From an uncultured Gammaproteobacteria bacterium (GTDB taxonomy: Bacteria; Pseudomonadota; Gammaproteobacteria; HyVt-429): a stretch of DNA of 64,000 nucleotides. The position numbers and the translations under genes were made by a program. The stretch spans positions 9,522-73,521 of the forward strand of contig CAMYOD010000037.1 in the NCBI GenBank assembly GCA_947259975.1, written 5' to 3'. Of this stretch, positions 53,017 to 63,885 are shown piece by piece (within the stretch, counting starts at the first letter, position 1; each line of letters opens with the position of its first letter). The notes under the pieces are model-generated. The model made no database searches. It worked only from the letters and a program-made list of their open reading frames with translations, and had not been told where the DNA came from.

Positions 53017-54531
53017 ATGTGTGGCGTAGTTGGTATTCTTGCCCGGAGTCCGGTCAATCAGGCAGTTTATGACGGACTCACGGTCTTGCAGCATCGCGGC
53101 CAGGATGCCGCCGGGATCATGACCAGTGATGGTTCCCGCGTCTATCTGCGCAAGAACAATGGCTTGGTGCGCGACGTCTTCCATACGCGCCATATGTTGG
53201 CCCTCAAGGGCAACATGGGTATCGGGCACTGCCGCTACCCGACCGCCGGCTGTGACACGCCGGAGGAAGCGCAACCCTTCTACGTCAATTCGCCCTTCGG
53301 CTTGGCCCTGGCGCACAATGGCAATCTCACCAATGCGGCGGAACTGAAGGAAGAACTTTTCCGACACGACCTGCGCCACCTGAATACGGACTCGGATTCC
53401 GAGATTCTGCTTAATGTGCTTGCGCATGAGCTGCATAAGGTCGCGGATATTCGTCTGACGCCGGAGCACGTCTTTAGTGCCGTCAGCGCATTGCACAATC
53501 GTTGTCGTGGCGCCTACGCTGTGGTTGTCATGATTCAAGGGGTGGGGATACTCGCGTTCCGCGACCCGCATGGCATACGGCCGCTGGTTTATGGGGTACG
53601 GAACGCCCCCACGGGCCCGGAGCACATGATCGCATCCGAAAGCGTGGCGCTCGATGTGCTGGGCTTTCAGTTGGTGCGGGATATCGCCCCGGGCGAGGCG
53701 GTACTGGTCGACATGGTCGGGCGCGTACACTGGCGGCAGTGCGCCAGGGAGACCACGCTGGCGCCGTGTATTTTCGAGTTTGTATATTTCTCGCGGCCCG
53801 ACTCAATGATTGATGGTATATCGGTTCACAAAACCCGGTTGCGCATGGGCGAGCGGCTGGCGCGTAAGATTGAGCGTGAATGGCCGGATCACGACATCGA
53901 TGTGGTGATTCCCATTCCTGATACCAGCCGGACCGCGGCGCTGCACATGGCCTATGAATTGAATCTGACGTATCGTGAAGGTTTCATCAAGAATCGCTAT
54001 ATTGGGCGCACCTTCATCATGCCCGGCCAGGCCGAACGTAAGCGCTCGGTGCGACAGAAGTTGAATGCGATCGATCTGGAGTTTCGCGGCAAGAATGTTT
54101 TGCTGGTGGATGACTCGATCGTGCGCGGCACGACCTCGAAGCAGATCATTCAGATGGCCCGTGAGGCCGGCGCGAAAAACGTCTATTTTGCCTCCGCGGC
54201 ACCGCCGGTGCGTTTTCCCAATGTCTACGGAATCGATATGCCGGTCGCGCATGAACTCATCGCCAATGACCGTAGTGACGCTGAAATCTGCGCCGAGATT
54301 GGTGCAGATCGGCTTATTTATCAGGACCTTGAAGATCTTATCGACGCGGCCCGCGGCGGCAACGACAAGATTTCCCAGTTCGACGCCTCCTGTTTTGATG
54401 GTGTCTATGTCACCGGTGACGTGAACAAAGAATACCTGCGCATGATTGAGGTGGCACGTAATGACAGTGCGCGATCGTCCCGCACAGAGGGCTATCAATT
54501 GAATTTTGCCGGGCTCGATAACCGCACCTGA
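53017..54531 (+). CDS. purF: amidophosphoribosyltransferase
   Basis: MCGVVGI (N-terminal nucleophile Cys) and a PRT-type phosphoribosyltransferase domain ([13 protein letters not shown]). Confidence 0.95.
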   Translation: MCGVVGILARSPVNQAVYDGLTVLQHRGQDAAGIMTSDGSRVYLRKNNGLVRDVFHTRHMLALKGNMGIGHCRYPTAGCDTPEEAQPFYVNSPFGLALAHNGNLTNAAELKEELFRHDLRHLNTDSDSEILLNVLAHELHKVADIRLTPEHVFSAVSALHNRCRGAYAVVVMIQGVGILAFRDPHGIRPLVYGVRNAPTGPEHMIASESVALDVLGFQLVRDIAPGEAVLVDMVGRVHWRQCARETTLAPCIFEFVYFSRPDSMIDGISVHKTRLRMGERLARKIEREWPDHDIDVVIPIPDTSRTAALHMAYELNLTYREGFIKNRYIGRTFIMPGQAERKRSVRQKLNAIDLEFRGKNVLLVDDSIVRGTTSKQIIQMAREAGAKNVYFASAAPPVRFPNVYGIDMPVAHELIANDRSDAEICAEIGADRLIYQDLEDLIDAARGGNDKISQFDASCFDGVYVTGDVNKEYLRMIEVARNDSARSSRTEGYQLNFAGLDNRT

Positions 54532-54721
54532 TCGTTTGCCTGTTTCGCGTTACGGGGTAGGGGATCGACGCCTTTCAGCGGCATGAGACGCTTGGATAAA
54601 GTTGGGCTCCGACCGTCTGGTGACATGGATTGACAGTGCACACCGGGTTGGCTAGGGTTGTTGTATGGCGCCGATTTGAGCTCAGCTTGCGGGCGCCTTA
54701 AAAATGCAGCTAAAGCGACAT

Positions 54722-54754
54722 AACCCGCTTTGGTCGCATCCCGCGGGTTTTTTT
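54722..54754 (+). terminator. putative intrinsic terminator / attenuator hairpin 45 bp upstream of metZ
   Basis: AACCCGC-(14 nt)-GCGGGTT followed by TTTTTTT. It lies 190 bp after the purF stop and 45 bp before the metZ ATG. Confidence 0.5.
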
Positions 54755-54798
54755 GTGCCCGCCTTTGATCCGCTACCGGGAGCGGCAGGAGATGCGAA

Positions 54799-55992
54799 AT
54801 GTCCAATGATGAATTCGATGCCTGGCGCTTCGCGACCCGTGCGGTGCGCGCCGGTCAAACGCGCACCCTTGAAGGTGAGCAGAGCGAACCGATTTTTCCC
54901 ACCTCGAGTTACGTGTTCGAAAGCGCGGCGCAGGCGGCGGCGCGCTTCTCGGGCCAGGAGCCGGGTAATATCTATTCGCGCTTTACCAACCCTACGGTGC
55001 GCACCTTCGAACAGCGCCTGGCGGCCCTGGAAGAGGGCGAGCGCTGCGTCGCTACGGCCTCGGGCATGTCGGCAATCCTCGCGACCTGTATGGGCTTATT
55101 GAGCAGCGGTGACCATGTGGTGGCCTCGAAAAGTCTGTTTGGCTCGACAACCCTGCTGTTCAACAACATTCTGAGTCGCTTCGGGCTCGAGTTCGACTTC
55201 GTTGCACCGTCGGATGTAGGTGCCTGGGCTGCGGCGATCCGCGGCAACACGCGGATGTTGTTTCTGGAAACGCCGTCTAATCCGCTAACCGAGCTTGCCG
55301 ATGTGACCGCGCTGGCGGATTTGGCGCAGCGCCACGACGCGCTGCTGGTCGTGGACAATTGTTTCTGCACACCCGCCCTACAGCGCCCGCTTACCCAAGG
55401 TGCGGATATCGTGATTCACTCGGCGACAAAATTCCTCGATGGGCAGGGCCGTTGCGTCGGCGGCGCCGTGGTCGGTGATCAGGCGACCGTCGGTGAGGGC
55501 GTGTTCGGGTTTCTGCGCACCGCCGGCCCCACCATGAGTCCCTTTAATGCCTGGGTCTTTCTTAAAGGACTCGAGACGCTGGAACTCAGGATGCGTGCCC
55601 ACAGCGCAAACGCCCTCGCGCTCGCCGAGTGGCTCGAGGCGCGTAATGAGGTCGGCCGGGTCTTTTACCCGGGGCTTGCCTCACATCCGCAGCATAGTCT
55701 GGCGGCACGGCAGCAGTCCGCCGGCGGCGGGATCGTCGCGTTCGAGTTACCCGGTGGCCAGGCGGCGGCGTGGCAGTTGATCGACGGCACACGCCTGTTG
55801 TCGATCACCGCGAACCTGGGGGACACCAAGACGACCATTACCCATCCCGCCACCACCACCCACGGGCGCCTCACGCCGGAGCAGCGGGCCGAGGCCGGGA
55901 TCGATGACGGTTTGGTGCGTATCGCGGTCGGGCTCGAGGATATCGAGGACATCAAGCAGGACTTGGCACAGGCGTTGGCGGCCGTGCGTTAA
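54799..55992 (+). CDS. metZ: O-succinylhomoserine sulfhydrylase
   Basis: A PLP-dependent Cys/Met-metabolism enzyme (HSATKFLDG with the PLP lysine); its length and position after purF match Pseudomonas metZ. Confidence 0.8.
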   Translation: MSNDEFDAWRFATRAVRAGQTRTLEGEQSEPIFPTSSYVFESAAQAAARFSGQEPGNIYSRFTNPTVRTFEQRLAALEEGERCVATASGMSAILATCMGLLSSGDHVVASKSLFGSTTLLFNNILSRFGLEFDFVAPSDVGAWAAAIRGNTRMLFLETPSNPLTELADVTALADLAQRHDALLVVDNCFCTPALQRPLTQGADIVIHSATKFLDGQGRCVGGAVVGDQATVGEGVFGFLRTAGPTMSPFNAWVFLKGLETLELRMRAHSANALALAEWLEARNEVGRVFYPGLASHPQHSLAARQQSAGGGIVAFELPGGQAAAWQLIDGTRLLSITANLGDTKTTITHPATTTHGRLTPEQRAEAGIDDGLVRIAVGLEDIEDIKQDLAQALAAVR

Positions 55993-57221
55993 TGACGACC
56001 GCGGTGCTGCGTCGGGACCTGCTCGCGATCTTCGCCGCTGCCCTGCGCGCCGTGAATGGGGCGCGTTGCACGCAGCATGCATTGGCCGCCGATGCGCCGG
56101 TAGGTCCGGTACATTTGCTCGCTGTCGGCAAAGCGGCCTGCGCCATGGCGACCGGCGCGCAGACCGCACTTGGCGAGACCATTGTCGACGGCCTGGTCGT
56201 GACCAAATACGGACACGGTGCGGCACTGCCCTGGCCTGTCCTTGAAAGCGGCCACCCCATTCCTGACGCACAGAGCCTGACCGCCGGCAAGGCGGTGGTG
56301 GAATTTATCGCTATGGTCCCGCCACAGGACACGATCCTCTTTTTGTTGTCCGGCGGTGCATCGAGCCTGATCGAACAGCTGCCGCCAGCGGTGTCCTTGG
56401 GGCAATTGCAGGCACTGACCAATTGGTTGATGGGTAGCGGGCTCGATATCGAGTCGATGAACCAGCTGCGCAAACGGGTGTCCCTGTTGAAGGGCGGGCG
56501 CATGGCCCGGCTCATGGCGCCCCGACCCGTGCACTGTCTCATGATTTCGGATGTTCCCGGCGATGAGCCGTCGAGCATCGCGTCCGGCCCGGTGGTGGCG
56601 GACGCGATCGCGGACCGGCCAATGGCAATCGATCTGCCCGTTGAAATTCAGGCTATGGTCGCGGCGCCGCCGCCGGCGCCTGCGATCGATGATTCTTGTT
56701 TTGCAACGGTTCGTCATAAGGTAATAGCTACCCGGCGCGATGCCATGGCGGCGGCACGGTTGCACGCCGCGACCCTGGGTTACCCGGTGCTGCTACACGA
56801 CGAATTTGTCGCCGGCGATGCCGTGGCCGTCGGCGCCGCGCTGGCGGCACGTCTGCACGCCGCGGCGCCGAATCATGTGTGTGTCTGGAGCGGTGAAACC
56901 ACCGTGGTGTTGCCGGACAAGCCGGGGCGGGGCGGGCGCAATCAAAATGTTGCATTGGCGGCGGCACGCGCGCTGCAGGGCCGGCACGACAGCGTCATCC
57001 TCGCGGCCGGTACCGACGGCAGTGATGGTCCCACGGGGGATGCCGGTGCGGTGGTGGATGGCGAGACCCTGCGGCGCGGGCAGCAGGCCGGTCTGGACGC
57101 GGACGACTGTCTGGCGCGTGCCGATGCCGGGACCTTTCTCGCCGCGAGCAGTGACTTAATCGATACCGGGCCCACCGGTACGAACGTCATGGATCTCATG
57201 CTGGGTCTACGCGGAGCCTAG
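55992..57221 (+). CDS. glycerate 2-kinase (MOFRL family)
   Basis: 409 aa with an MOFRL-like C-terminal region ...GRGGRNQNVALAAA...GTDGSDGPTGDAGAVVDGETL. Confidence 0.65.
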   Translation: MTTAVLRRDLLAIFAAALRAVNGARCTQHALAADAPVGPVHLLAVGKAACAMATGAQTALGETIVDGLVVTKYGHGAALPWPVLESGHPIPDAQSLTAGKAVVEFIAMVPPQDTILFLLSGGASSLIEQLPPAVSLGQLQALTNWLMGSGLDIESMNQLRKRVSLLKGGRMARLMAPRPVHCLMISDVPGDEPSSIASGPVVADAIADRPMAIDLPVEIQAMVAAPPPAPAIDDSCFATVRHKVIATRRDAMAAARLHAATLGYPVLLHDEFVAGDAVAVGAALAARLHAAAPNHVCVWSGETTVVLPDKPGRGGRNQNVALAAARALQGRHDSVILAAGTDGSDGPTGDAGAVVDGETLRRGQQAGLDADDCLARADAGTFLAASSDLIDTGPTGTNVMDLMLGLRGA

Positions 57222-57354
57222 GCACTGCGGCCCAACGGCAGGCGGGATCGGCGTATAATGGGGTGTTTGACCGGCGCAGATCCGCCGGTGTGTCCTCAAT
57301 CATGAACGTTGGATTGCGAGTGGCTTTGATGAATCGTTACACATATAAAACTGT

Positions 57355-57537
57355 CGGTAGTGGCTCAGTTTGTCGGACGCGTCGGCTGGGGCCCCGCCAA
57401 GCGTCGTGCGGCCTTGCGCGATGCAGGGATAGCAAAGCGCAAGGCCGCGATTCGAGCGGTACCGGGAAGTACCGCGAGATTAAGCGCGGCGGGGCCCCAG
57501 GCGGCGCGCAGCGCGTGGGCAAACTGAGCCACTGCCG
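57355..57537. repeat. nested palindromic element (outer ~45-bp imperfect inverted repeat enclosing an inner 12-bp perfect inverted repeat)
   Basis: Outer arms are CGGTAGTGGCTCAGTTTG...CTGGGGCCCCGCC (57355-57401) and its reverse complement at 57488-57537. Inner arms are GCGGCCTTGCGC (57412-57423) and GCGCAAGGCCGC (57446-57457). Confidence 0.75.
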
Positions 57538-58246
57538 AACCGTCTGTTTGCTTGCGCTATTGGCGGCGGTATTTGCGGTCGGTTGCTCGGGCGGTTCGAG
57601 CTCGAGTGACGGATTTGTGTTGCTGTTCGACGAACGGGAGCCGGGATTTACCGAGTTTTCCCAAACCCGCATGTTGGTGACAGCGGATTTCCTGCGTATC
57701 GACGATGGATCGGATGGTAACGATTTCCTGCTATTCGATCGTCAGACCCGGGCCATTTACAATGTCAGCGCAGAGGATCAGACGGTGCTGGTCATCGAGC
57801 CGTTGCCGATCGATATCTCCGCGCCGGAACGCTTTGAGCATGACGTCGAAAAGACCTTGCTCAAGGAGGCGCCCAAGATCGATGGCAGGCCGGTTCAGCA
57901 CGTGATACTGAGTACCAACGGTGAACGCTGTTACGAACTTTATGCGGTGGCCGGGCTGCTGGAGGCGCCGCGCACTGCGTTGGCGGAGTTTTATCAGACT
58001 TTGGCCGGTGAGCAGGCGGTGGTGGTGGGGGCGACGCCGCCGGAGTTTCAGTCCGACTGCCAGTTGGCCAACGATATCTTTCTGCCCGATCGCCATCTGC
58101 GCCATGGCTTTCCGATACGCAGCGAGGACATGAATGGACGCCTGCGCATCATGGCCGACTACCGTACCGATTGGGAACCGCAGTCCGCGCTGTTTGAACT
58201 GCCCGCGGACTACCGGCGCTACAGTCCTGCCGAGATGCGTCTATAG
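57515..58246 (+). CDS. hypothetical lipoprotein
   Basis: A GTG start gives VGKLSHCRTVCLLALLAAVFAVGC|SGGSSSSDG (signal peptide plus lipobox). The upstream part of ORF 57263 translates the palindromic element and was rejected. Confidence 0.55.
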   Translation: MGKLSHCRTVCLLALLAAVFAVGCSGGSSSSDGFVLLFDEREPGFTEFSQTRMLVTADFLRIDDGSDGNDFLLFDRQTRAIYNVSAEDQTVLVIEPLPIDISAPERFEHDVEKTLLKEAPKIDGRPVQHVILSTNGERCYELYAVAGLLEAPRTALAEFYQTLAGEQAVVVGATPPEFQSDCQLANDIFLPDRHLRHGFPIRSEDMNGRLRIMADYRTDWEPQSALFELPADYRRYSPAEMRL

Positions 58247-58264
58247 GTCGCCGCGCGGCATCGT

Positions 58265-58990
58265 CTATAGCGCCAGGGTCTCAAGTCGCCGACTGTCCGC
58301 CGTGCAGGTCAGCACACTGCCTTGTTCGTACCAGTCCCCGAGGACAATACGGCGTGCCGTGTGACCGTCGATGTCGAATTCATGTTGACCCGGGCGATGC
58401 GTGTGACCGTGAATGAGCGTCCGGACCTGGTGTCGCTGCATGACATGTGTCACCGTGGCGGGCTCTACGTCCATGATTTCCATCGACTTATCACGTTTCA
58501 TACGATCGCTCTGCTGGCGCAGATCGGTGGCGATGGCCATGCGCGCTGCGATGTTCTGTGACAGGAATTTCTGCTGCCAGGCGGGGTCCAGTACCTGTGC
58601 GCGCCAGGCCTGATGTGTGCTGTCGCGGGTGCACAGACTGTCGCCGTGCATGATGAGGACATCTTCCTGGTAGAGCCGAATTCGCGATTCCTCGGGCAGC
58701 AAGGTGCAACCGGTCGCGCCAGCGAAGGCTTCGCCAACCAGAAAATCCCGGTTGCCGTGTACGAAGTATACCGGCACACCGGCCGTGGTCAGGCGCCGAA
58801 TTGCGCCGACAATGCGCGCGTTTTCCGGATCTTCGATGGCATCGTCACCGACCCAGGCCTCGAACAGATCACCGAGAATATAGAGCGCGTCGGCGTGGGC
58901 GGCATTATTGGCCAGAAATTCCAGAAAAAGCTCCGTGATGCGCGGTCGCTCGACGCAAAGATGAAGATCGGAGATAAAGAGTGTCGCCAT
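58265..58990 (-). CDS. lpxH: UDP-2,3-diacylglucosamine diphosphatase
   Basis: MATLFISDLHL...LGDLFE...GNRDF...MHGD...GHTH: a calcineurin-like metallophosphatase with LpxH length and motifs. Confidence 0.85.
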   Translation of the reverse strand: MATLFISDLHLCVERPRITELFLEFLANNAAHADALYILGDLFEAWVGDDAIEDPENARIVGAIRRLTTAGVPVYFVHGNRDFLVGEAFAGATGCTLLPEESRIRLYQEDVLIMHGDSLCTRDSTHQAWRAQVLDPAWQQKFLSQNIAARMAIATDLRQQSDRMKRDKSMEIMDVEPATVTHVMQRHQVRTLIHGHTHRPGQHEFDIDGHTARRIVLGDWYEQGSVLTCTADSRRLETLAL

Positions 58991-59154
58991 AGGGCCGGTT
59001 TCAGGAACTCGCTCAATCGTTCGGGTCCGCGCATCAGGGGCGGACAGCTAGGTTATCCGGGCCCATTCTCCAAGAGCGCTTGCACGGGCGCAAGCCCGCT
59101 ATCGACTGCGCAGGTCGTTTTGTTGTTCAGTTGCGCTTTGGTTAACATCCGCGC

Positions 59155-60576
59155 ATGAGTTCTAATCCGCCCAAGACGCGATTCGCCCCGAGCCCGACCG
59201 GGTTGTTGCATTTCGGTAACGTCCGCACCGCGCTGTTTAATCTGCTATTTGCACGTTCCGTTCAGGGTCGCTTCCTGCTGCGTATAGAAGACACGGACAA
59301 GGAGCGCAGCCGCACCGCACACACGGCGGCGTTGCAGACTGACCTGCGTTGGCTGGGCCTGGCTTGGGATGAAGGGCCCGGGCGTGACGGACCCGTCGGA
59401 CCCTATCTGCAATCCGAGCGCGCGCCGATCTATGACGAGTATTTTTCCAAGCTTGAGGCGCAGGGCGACGCGTACCCGTGTTTTTGTAGCGAGCAGGAAC
59501 TCAGCCTGTCGCGCAAGGCGAGGATGGCCGCCGGCAAGCCACCACGCTACTCCGGCCGTTGTCGCAGCTTGCGTGAGGAAGAGGTCGCGGCGAAGCGCGC
59601 CGAAGGATTAAAACCGACGCTGCGTTTTCGTGTCGCGCGCGAACAAGTGATCGAGTTTGATGATCTGGTGCGGGGTGGGCAGCGATTTACGACCGATGAG
59701 ATCGGCGACTTCATCATTCGGCGATCGGACGGCACGCCCGCATTCTTCTTCAGCAATGCCGTGGACGATGCGCTCATGGGCGTCACCCATGTGCTGCGCG
59801 GCGAGGATCACCTGACCAACACCCCGCGGCAGATGCTCCTAATGCATGCGCTCGGCCTCGACGTACCGCGTTATGCGCATATCGCATTGATTGTCGGTGC
59901 CGATGGGGCGCCCTTATCAAAGCGTCACGGCAGTTTCACTATCGCGGGTTTGCGCGCACAGGGATATCTGCCGGCGGCCATCGTGAATTACCTGGCCCGC
60001 GTCGGTCATACCTATGAGGACAACACGCTGCTCGATCTGGCACAGTTGGCGGCGGATTTCGATCTGGGTCACCTGGGACGGGCGCCGGCGCGCTATGATG
60101 AAGCACAGCTGTTGCATTGGCAGCAGCTGGCGGTGCAGGCGTCCGCGGACGACGATCTCTGGTCCTGGTTTGGGGACGACGCGGTCAACTTGGTGCCGGA
60201 CAGCGAGCGCGAGGCGTTTATCGCGGCGGCGCGGCCGAACATCGTGTTTCCAGGGGATGCCCTGCATTGGGCGAATATTGTCTACACCGACAATTGGGAG
60301 CTCGACGAAGCGCTGATCGATGTCGTGCGTCAGGCGGGGAGCGAGTTCTTCATCTATGCCATCGGCGCTCTGGAAGAAAGCGGTGCCGATCTGCAGGCGC
60401 TCGTTAAGCGGCTCAAGGAGCAAAGCGGCGCCCGCGGCCGTTCATTGTTCATGCCGCTGCGCGCGGCACTTACCGGCGAGCTCGAAGGTCCCGAACTTGC
60501 GGCACTGCTGCCCTTGATCGGTCGTCGCCGTGCGCTAAAGCGCTTTGAGGATGCGGTCAAGGTGGTCGGTACCTGA
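59155..60576 (+). CDS. gltX: glutamate--tRNA ligase
   Basis: RFAPSPTGLLHFGNVRTALFN (HIGH region), KMSKS-equivalent LSKRHG, a zinc-binding CFCS...C motif, and a 473 aa length including the anticodon-binding domain. Confidence 0.9.
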   Translation: MSSNPPKTRFAPSPTGLLHFGNVRTALFNLLFARSVQGRFLLRIEDTDKERSRTAHTAALQTDLRWLGLAWDEGPGRDGPVGPYLQSERAPIYDEYFSKLEAQGDAYPCFCSEQELSLSRKARMAAGKPPRYSGRCRSLREEEVAAKRAEGLKPTLRFRVAREQVIEFDDLVRGGQRFTTDEIGDFIIRRSDGTPAFFFSNAVDDALMGVTHVLRGEDHLTNTPRQMLLMHALGLDVPRYAHIALIVGADGAPLSKRHGSFTIAGLRAQGYLPAAIVNYLARVGHTYEDNTLLDLAQLAADFDLGHLGRAPARYDEAQLLHWQQLAVQASADDDLWSWFGDDAVNLVPDSEREAFIAAARPNIVFPGDALHWANIVYTDNWELDEALIDVVRQAGSEFFIYAIGALEESGADLQALVKRLKEQSGARGRSLFMPLRAALTGELEGPELAALLPLIGRRRALKRFEDAVKVVGT

Positions 60577-60618
60577 AGACGTTTGGGTGCCGACATAGCT
60601 CCGACGACAACAGCTACG

Positions 60619-61998
60619 ATGCAGATCTATAACAGTCTAACCGCCAACAAGGACGAATTCGTCCCCATCGATCCCGGTAAGGTGCGTATGTACGTGTGCG
60701 GCATGACCGTTTACGACTATTGCCACCTTGGCCATGCGCGCGTCTTGGTCGTGTTCGATATGGTTGCGCGCTACCTTCGCGCGCGCGGCTTCGATGTGAC
60801 CTATGTGCGCAATGTCACGGATATCGACGACAAGATCATTCAACGTGCAAATGAAAACCAGGAATCACTGACGTCACTGACGACACGATTCATCGAGGCC
60901 ATGCACGAAGATGCGGCTGCCCTGGGTGTATTGCCGCCGGATGCGGAGCCTCTTGCGACCGAGCATATCGACGAGATTGTTGTGATGATCGAGGCGTTGA
61001 TGGCAGGCGACCACGCCTACCGCGCCGAAAACGGCGACGTGTACTACAGCGTACGAAGTTTTCCCGGCTACGGTCGTTTATCCGGACGCGCACTCGAAGA
61101 CCTGCGTGCCGGTGCCCGGGTCGAGGTGGACGACGCAAAAGTGGAGCCCCTCGATTTCGCTCTCTGGAAGGCGGCGAAACCCGGCGAGCCGGCGTGGGAC
61201 TCGCCCTGGGGACCGGGTCGCCCCGGCTGGCATATCGAATGTTCCGCCATGTCGACCGGGGCCCTCGGCAATCATTTCGATATTCACGGTGGCGGCCAGG
61301 ACCTGCGTTTCCCGCACCATGAAAACGAGATTGCCCAATCGGAAGGTGCAACCGGCGAGCCCTTCGTCAACATCTGGATGCACAACGGGTTTGTGCGGGT
61401 TAACGAAGAGAAGATGTCCAAATCCTTGGGCAACTTCTTTACCATCCGCGAGATCCTGGTTCACTACTCCCCTGAGGTGGTGCGCTACTTCATTCTCACG
61501 AGTCACTACCGGAGCCCGTTGAATTACGGCGAAGACTCGCTGGAACATGCCAAGGCGGCGCTGACGAGCTTCTACATCGCGCTCAATGATCTGGACCCTG
61601 CCCGTCCAGAGGCACTGGGCGAGCACGGCGATCGCTTTTTCACCGCCATGGACGATGATTTCAATACCCCGGAGGCGTTCGCGGTGCTGGCGGAGCTGCG
61701 GCATGACATCAACCGCGCCAGGGAGGCCGGCGACGTCGATGCTGCTAATCGCCTGGCGGGCATCCTGCGCGAACTCGCGGGCATTTTAGGCCTACTGCAG
61801 GCTGATCCGGCAGCCTTCCTGCAGGGGGGCGAGGTGCCGGGCCTGTCGACCGCGGAGGTGGAGGCCCTGATCGCCGAGCGCGAGCGTGCCCGGAGCAAGA
61901 AGGACTGGACCACCGCCGACCGCATCCGGGATCAGCTCAAGGCCGACGGTATTCTGTTGGAGGATGCCGGCGGGGCCACGGCGTGGCGGCGCGGCTGA
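60619..61998 (+). CDS. cysS: cysteine--tRNA ligase
   Basis: From [17 protein letters not shown]...[18 protein letters not shown], aligning with E. coli CysS; KMSKSLGN; WHIECSAM. Confidence 0.9.
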   Translation: MQIYNSLTANKDEFVPIDPGKVRMYVCGMTVYDYCHLGHARVLVVFDMVARYLRARGFDVTYVRNVTDIDDKIIQRANENQESLTSLTTRFIEAMHEDAAALGVLPPDAEPLATEHIDEIVVMIEALMAGDHAYRAENGDVYYSVRSFPGYGRLSGRALEDLRAGARVEVDDAKVEPLDFALWKAAKPGEPAWDSPWGPGRPGWHIECSAMSTGALGNHFDIHGGGQDLRFPHHENEIAQSEGATGEPFVNIWMHNGFVRVNEEKMSKSLGNFFTIREILVHYSPEVVRYFILTSHYRSPLNYGEDSLEHAKAALTSFYIALNDLDPARPEALGEHGDRFFTAMDDDFNTPEAFAVLAELRHDINRAREAGDVDAANRLAGILRELAGILGLLQADPAAFLQGGEVPGLSTAEVEALIAERERARSKKDWTTADRIRDQLKADGILLEDAGGATAWRRG

Positions 61999-62107
61999 TG
62001 CGTCCGGCGGCCACCCGCTGCCGCAAAATCACCCCCTGCTATTGACCCTGATTGCGGTTATCAGTACCTTCCGACTGTTACTACGGTCGAACTGCAAATC
62101 GCAAACA

Positions 62108-62132
62108 ACGCCCGGATTTTCGGGCGTTTTTT
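62108..62132 (+). terminator. intrinsic terminator hairpin in the ilvI leader (candidate attenuator)
   Basis: ACGCCCG-GATTTT-CGGGCGT followed by TTTTTT, 15 bp upstream of the ilvI start and 110 bp after the cysS stop. Confidence 0.65.
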
Positions 62133-62147
62133 GTCCGTGAGGCGAAC

Positions 62148-63881
62148 TTGGAATTAACCGGAGCAGACATTTTTGTCCGATGCCTGGAGGACGAGGGGGT
62201 CGAGTACATTTTCGGCTATCCTGGCGGGGCCGCGTTGCATATCTACGACGCCCTGTATAGGCAGGATAAGGTCAAGCACATACTGGTGCGCCATGAGCAA
62301 GGGGCAACCCATGCCGCGGACGGCTATGCCCGCGCCACCGGCAAGCCGGGTGCCGTGATCGTGACTTCCGGCCCGGGCGCGACCAATGCGGTGACCGGTA
62401 TCGCGACGGCCTATATGGATTCAATCCCGCTCGTGGTGTTCACCGGGCAGGTCCCCACTATGTTGATCGGCGACGATGCGTTCCAGGAAGTGGACGCGGT
62501 CGGCATCACGCGCCCGTGTGTTAAGCACAACTTCCTGGTCAAGGACGTCAAGGATCTCGCCATGACCATCAAGAAGGCCTTCTACATCGCGACGACTGGC
62601 CGACCCGGGCCCGTGGTGGTGGATATCCCGAAGGATGTGACGGCGGATATCACCGAATACGATTATCCGGATGCCATCAGTATGCGTTCCTACGCGCCGG
62701 TCACCAAGGGTCATCAGGCGCAGGTCAAGAAGGCTGCCGCGCTGATTACTTCGGCAAAGCGCCCAATGATCTATACCGGCGGCGGCGTGATTCTCGGCAA
62801 CGCCGCCGAATCGCTCACCGAGTTCGTGCGCACGCTGGGCTATCCCTGCACCAACACGCTCATGGGTTTGGGAGGTTATCCGGCGACGGATCCGCTGTTT
62901 GTCGGCATGCTCGGCATGCATGGCACTTATGAGGCCAATATGGCGATGCACGAGTGCGACGTGTTGATCGCCGTGGGTGCGCGTTTCGACGACCGGGTCA
63001 CGGGGGACCTGAATAAATTCTGCCCGCATGCACGTATCGTGCATATCGATATCGATCCGGCGTCGATCGGCAAGAACGTACCGGTGGAGATTCCCATCGT
63101 CGGCAACGTCGACGGCGTAATAAAGGATCTGCTGAAGGCAATTCGCGCCAGCAAGAAGAAACCCGATGCGGAGGCCCTGGCCGCGTGGTGGGAGCAGATC
63201 GAGGAATGGCGCGCCATGAATTGCCTGACCTTCGATCGCGCCTCGGAGCTCATCAAGCCCCAGTATGTCATCGAGACGCTGTATAAGCTGACAGACGGGG
63301 ACGCCTTCGTGACCTCCGATGTGGGCCAGCACCAGATGTGGGCGGCGCAGTTCTACAAATTCGACAAACCGCGGCGCTGGATCAACTCAGGCGGTCTCGG
63401 CACCATGGGGTTCGGTCTCCCGTCCGCGATGGGCGTGCAGTTGGCCTATCCGGATGCGCTGGTGGCCTGCATCACCGGCGAGGCCAGTATCCAGATGTGC
63501 ATCCAGGAACTGTCCACCTGTAAACAATACGGCCTGCCGATCAAGGTGATCAATCTGAACAATCGCTATATGGGCATGGTGCGCCAATGGCAGGAGTTCT
63601 TTTATGATCGGCGTTATTCCCACTCCTACATGGATGCGTTGCCCGATTTCATCAAGCTTGCCGAGAGCTATGGGCATGTGGGCATGAAGATCGAGAAGCC
63701 GGGCGACGTGGAAGGTGCGCTGAAAGAAGCGATCGCAACAACCGACCGGCTGGTGTTCCTCGATTTCATTACCGACCAGACGGAAAATGTTTATCCCATG
63801 ATGCCAGCCGGTAAAGGGCATCACGAGATGGAGCTGGGCCCCTGCAGCCAGGTCGTTTCCACTAACCGCGAGCTCGCCTGA
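62148..63881 (+). CDS. ilvI: acetolactate synthase large subunit (AHAS III)
   Basis: A TTG start gives [27 protein letters not shown], aligning with Pseudomonas IlvI MELLSGAEMVVRFL...; a ThDP-binding [14 protein letters not shown] motif is present. The upstream part of ORF 62052 crosses the terminator and was rejected. Confidence 0.85.
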   Translation: MELTGADIFVRCLEDEGVEYIFGYPGGAALHIYDALYRQDKVKHILVRHEQGATHAADGYARATGKPGAVIVTSGPGATNAVTGIATAYMDSIPLVVFTGQVPTMLIGDDAFQEVDAVGITRPCVKHNFLVKDVKDLAMTIKKAFYIATTGRPGPVVVDIPKDVTADITEYDYPDAISMRSYAPVTKGHQAQVKKAAALITSAKRPMIYTGGGVILGNAAESLTEFVRTLGYPCTNTLMGLGGYPATDPLFVGMLGMHGTYEANMAMHECDVLIAVGARFDDRVTGDLNKFCPHARIVHIDIDPASIGKNVPVEIPIVGNVDGVIKDLLKAIRASKKKPDAEALAAWWEQIEEWRAMNCLTFDRASELIKPQYVIETLYKLTDGDAFVTSDVGQHQMWAAQFYKFDKPRRWINSGGLGTMGFGLPSAMGVQLAYPDALVACITGEASIQMCIQELSTCKQYGLPIKVINLNNRYMGMVRQWQEFFYDRRYSHSYMDALPDFIKLAESYGHVGMKIEKPGDVEGALKEAIATTDRLVFLDFITDQTENVYPMMPAGKGHHEMELGPCSQVVSTNRELA

Positions 63882-63885
63882 TCCG

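Noticed and set aside
61886-62035. Upstream part of ORF 61886..62140 as a real protein
   Set aside because: It overlaps cysS in another frame. Only the short Leu/Ile/Val-rich segment after the cysS stop is considered, as a candidate leader.
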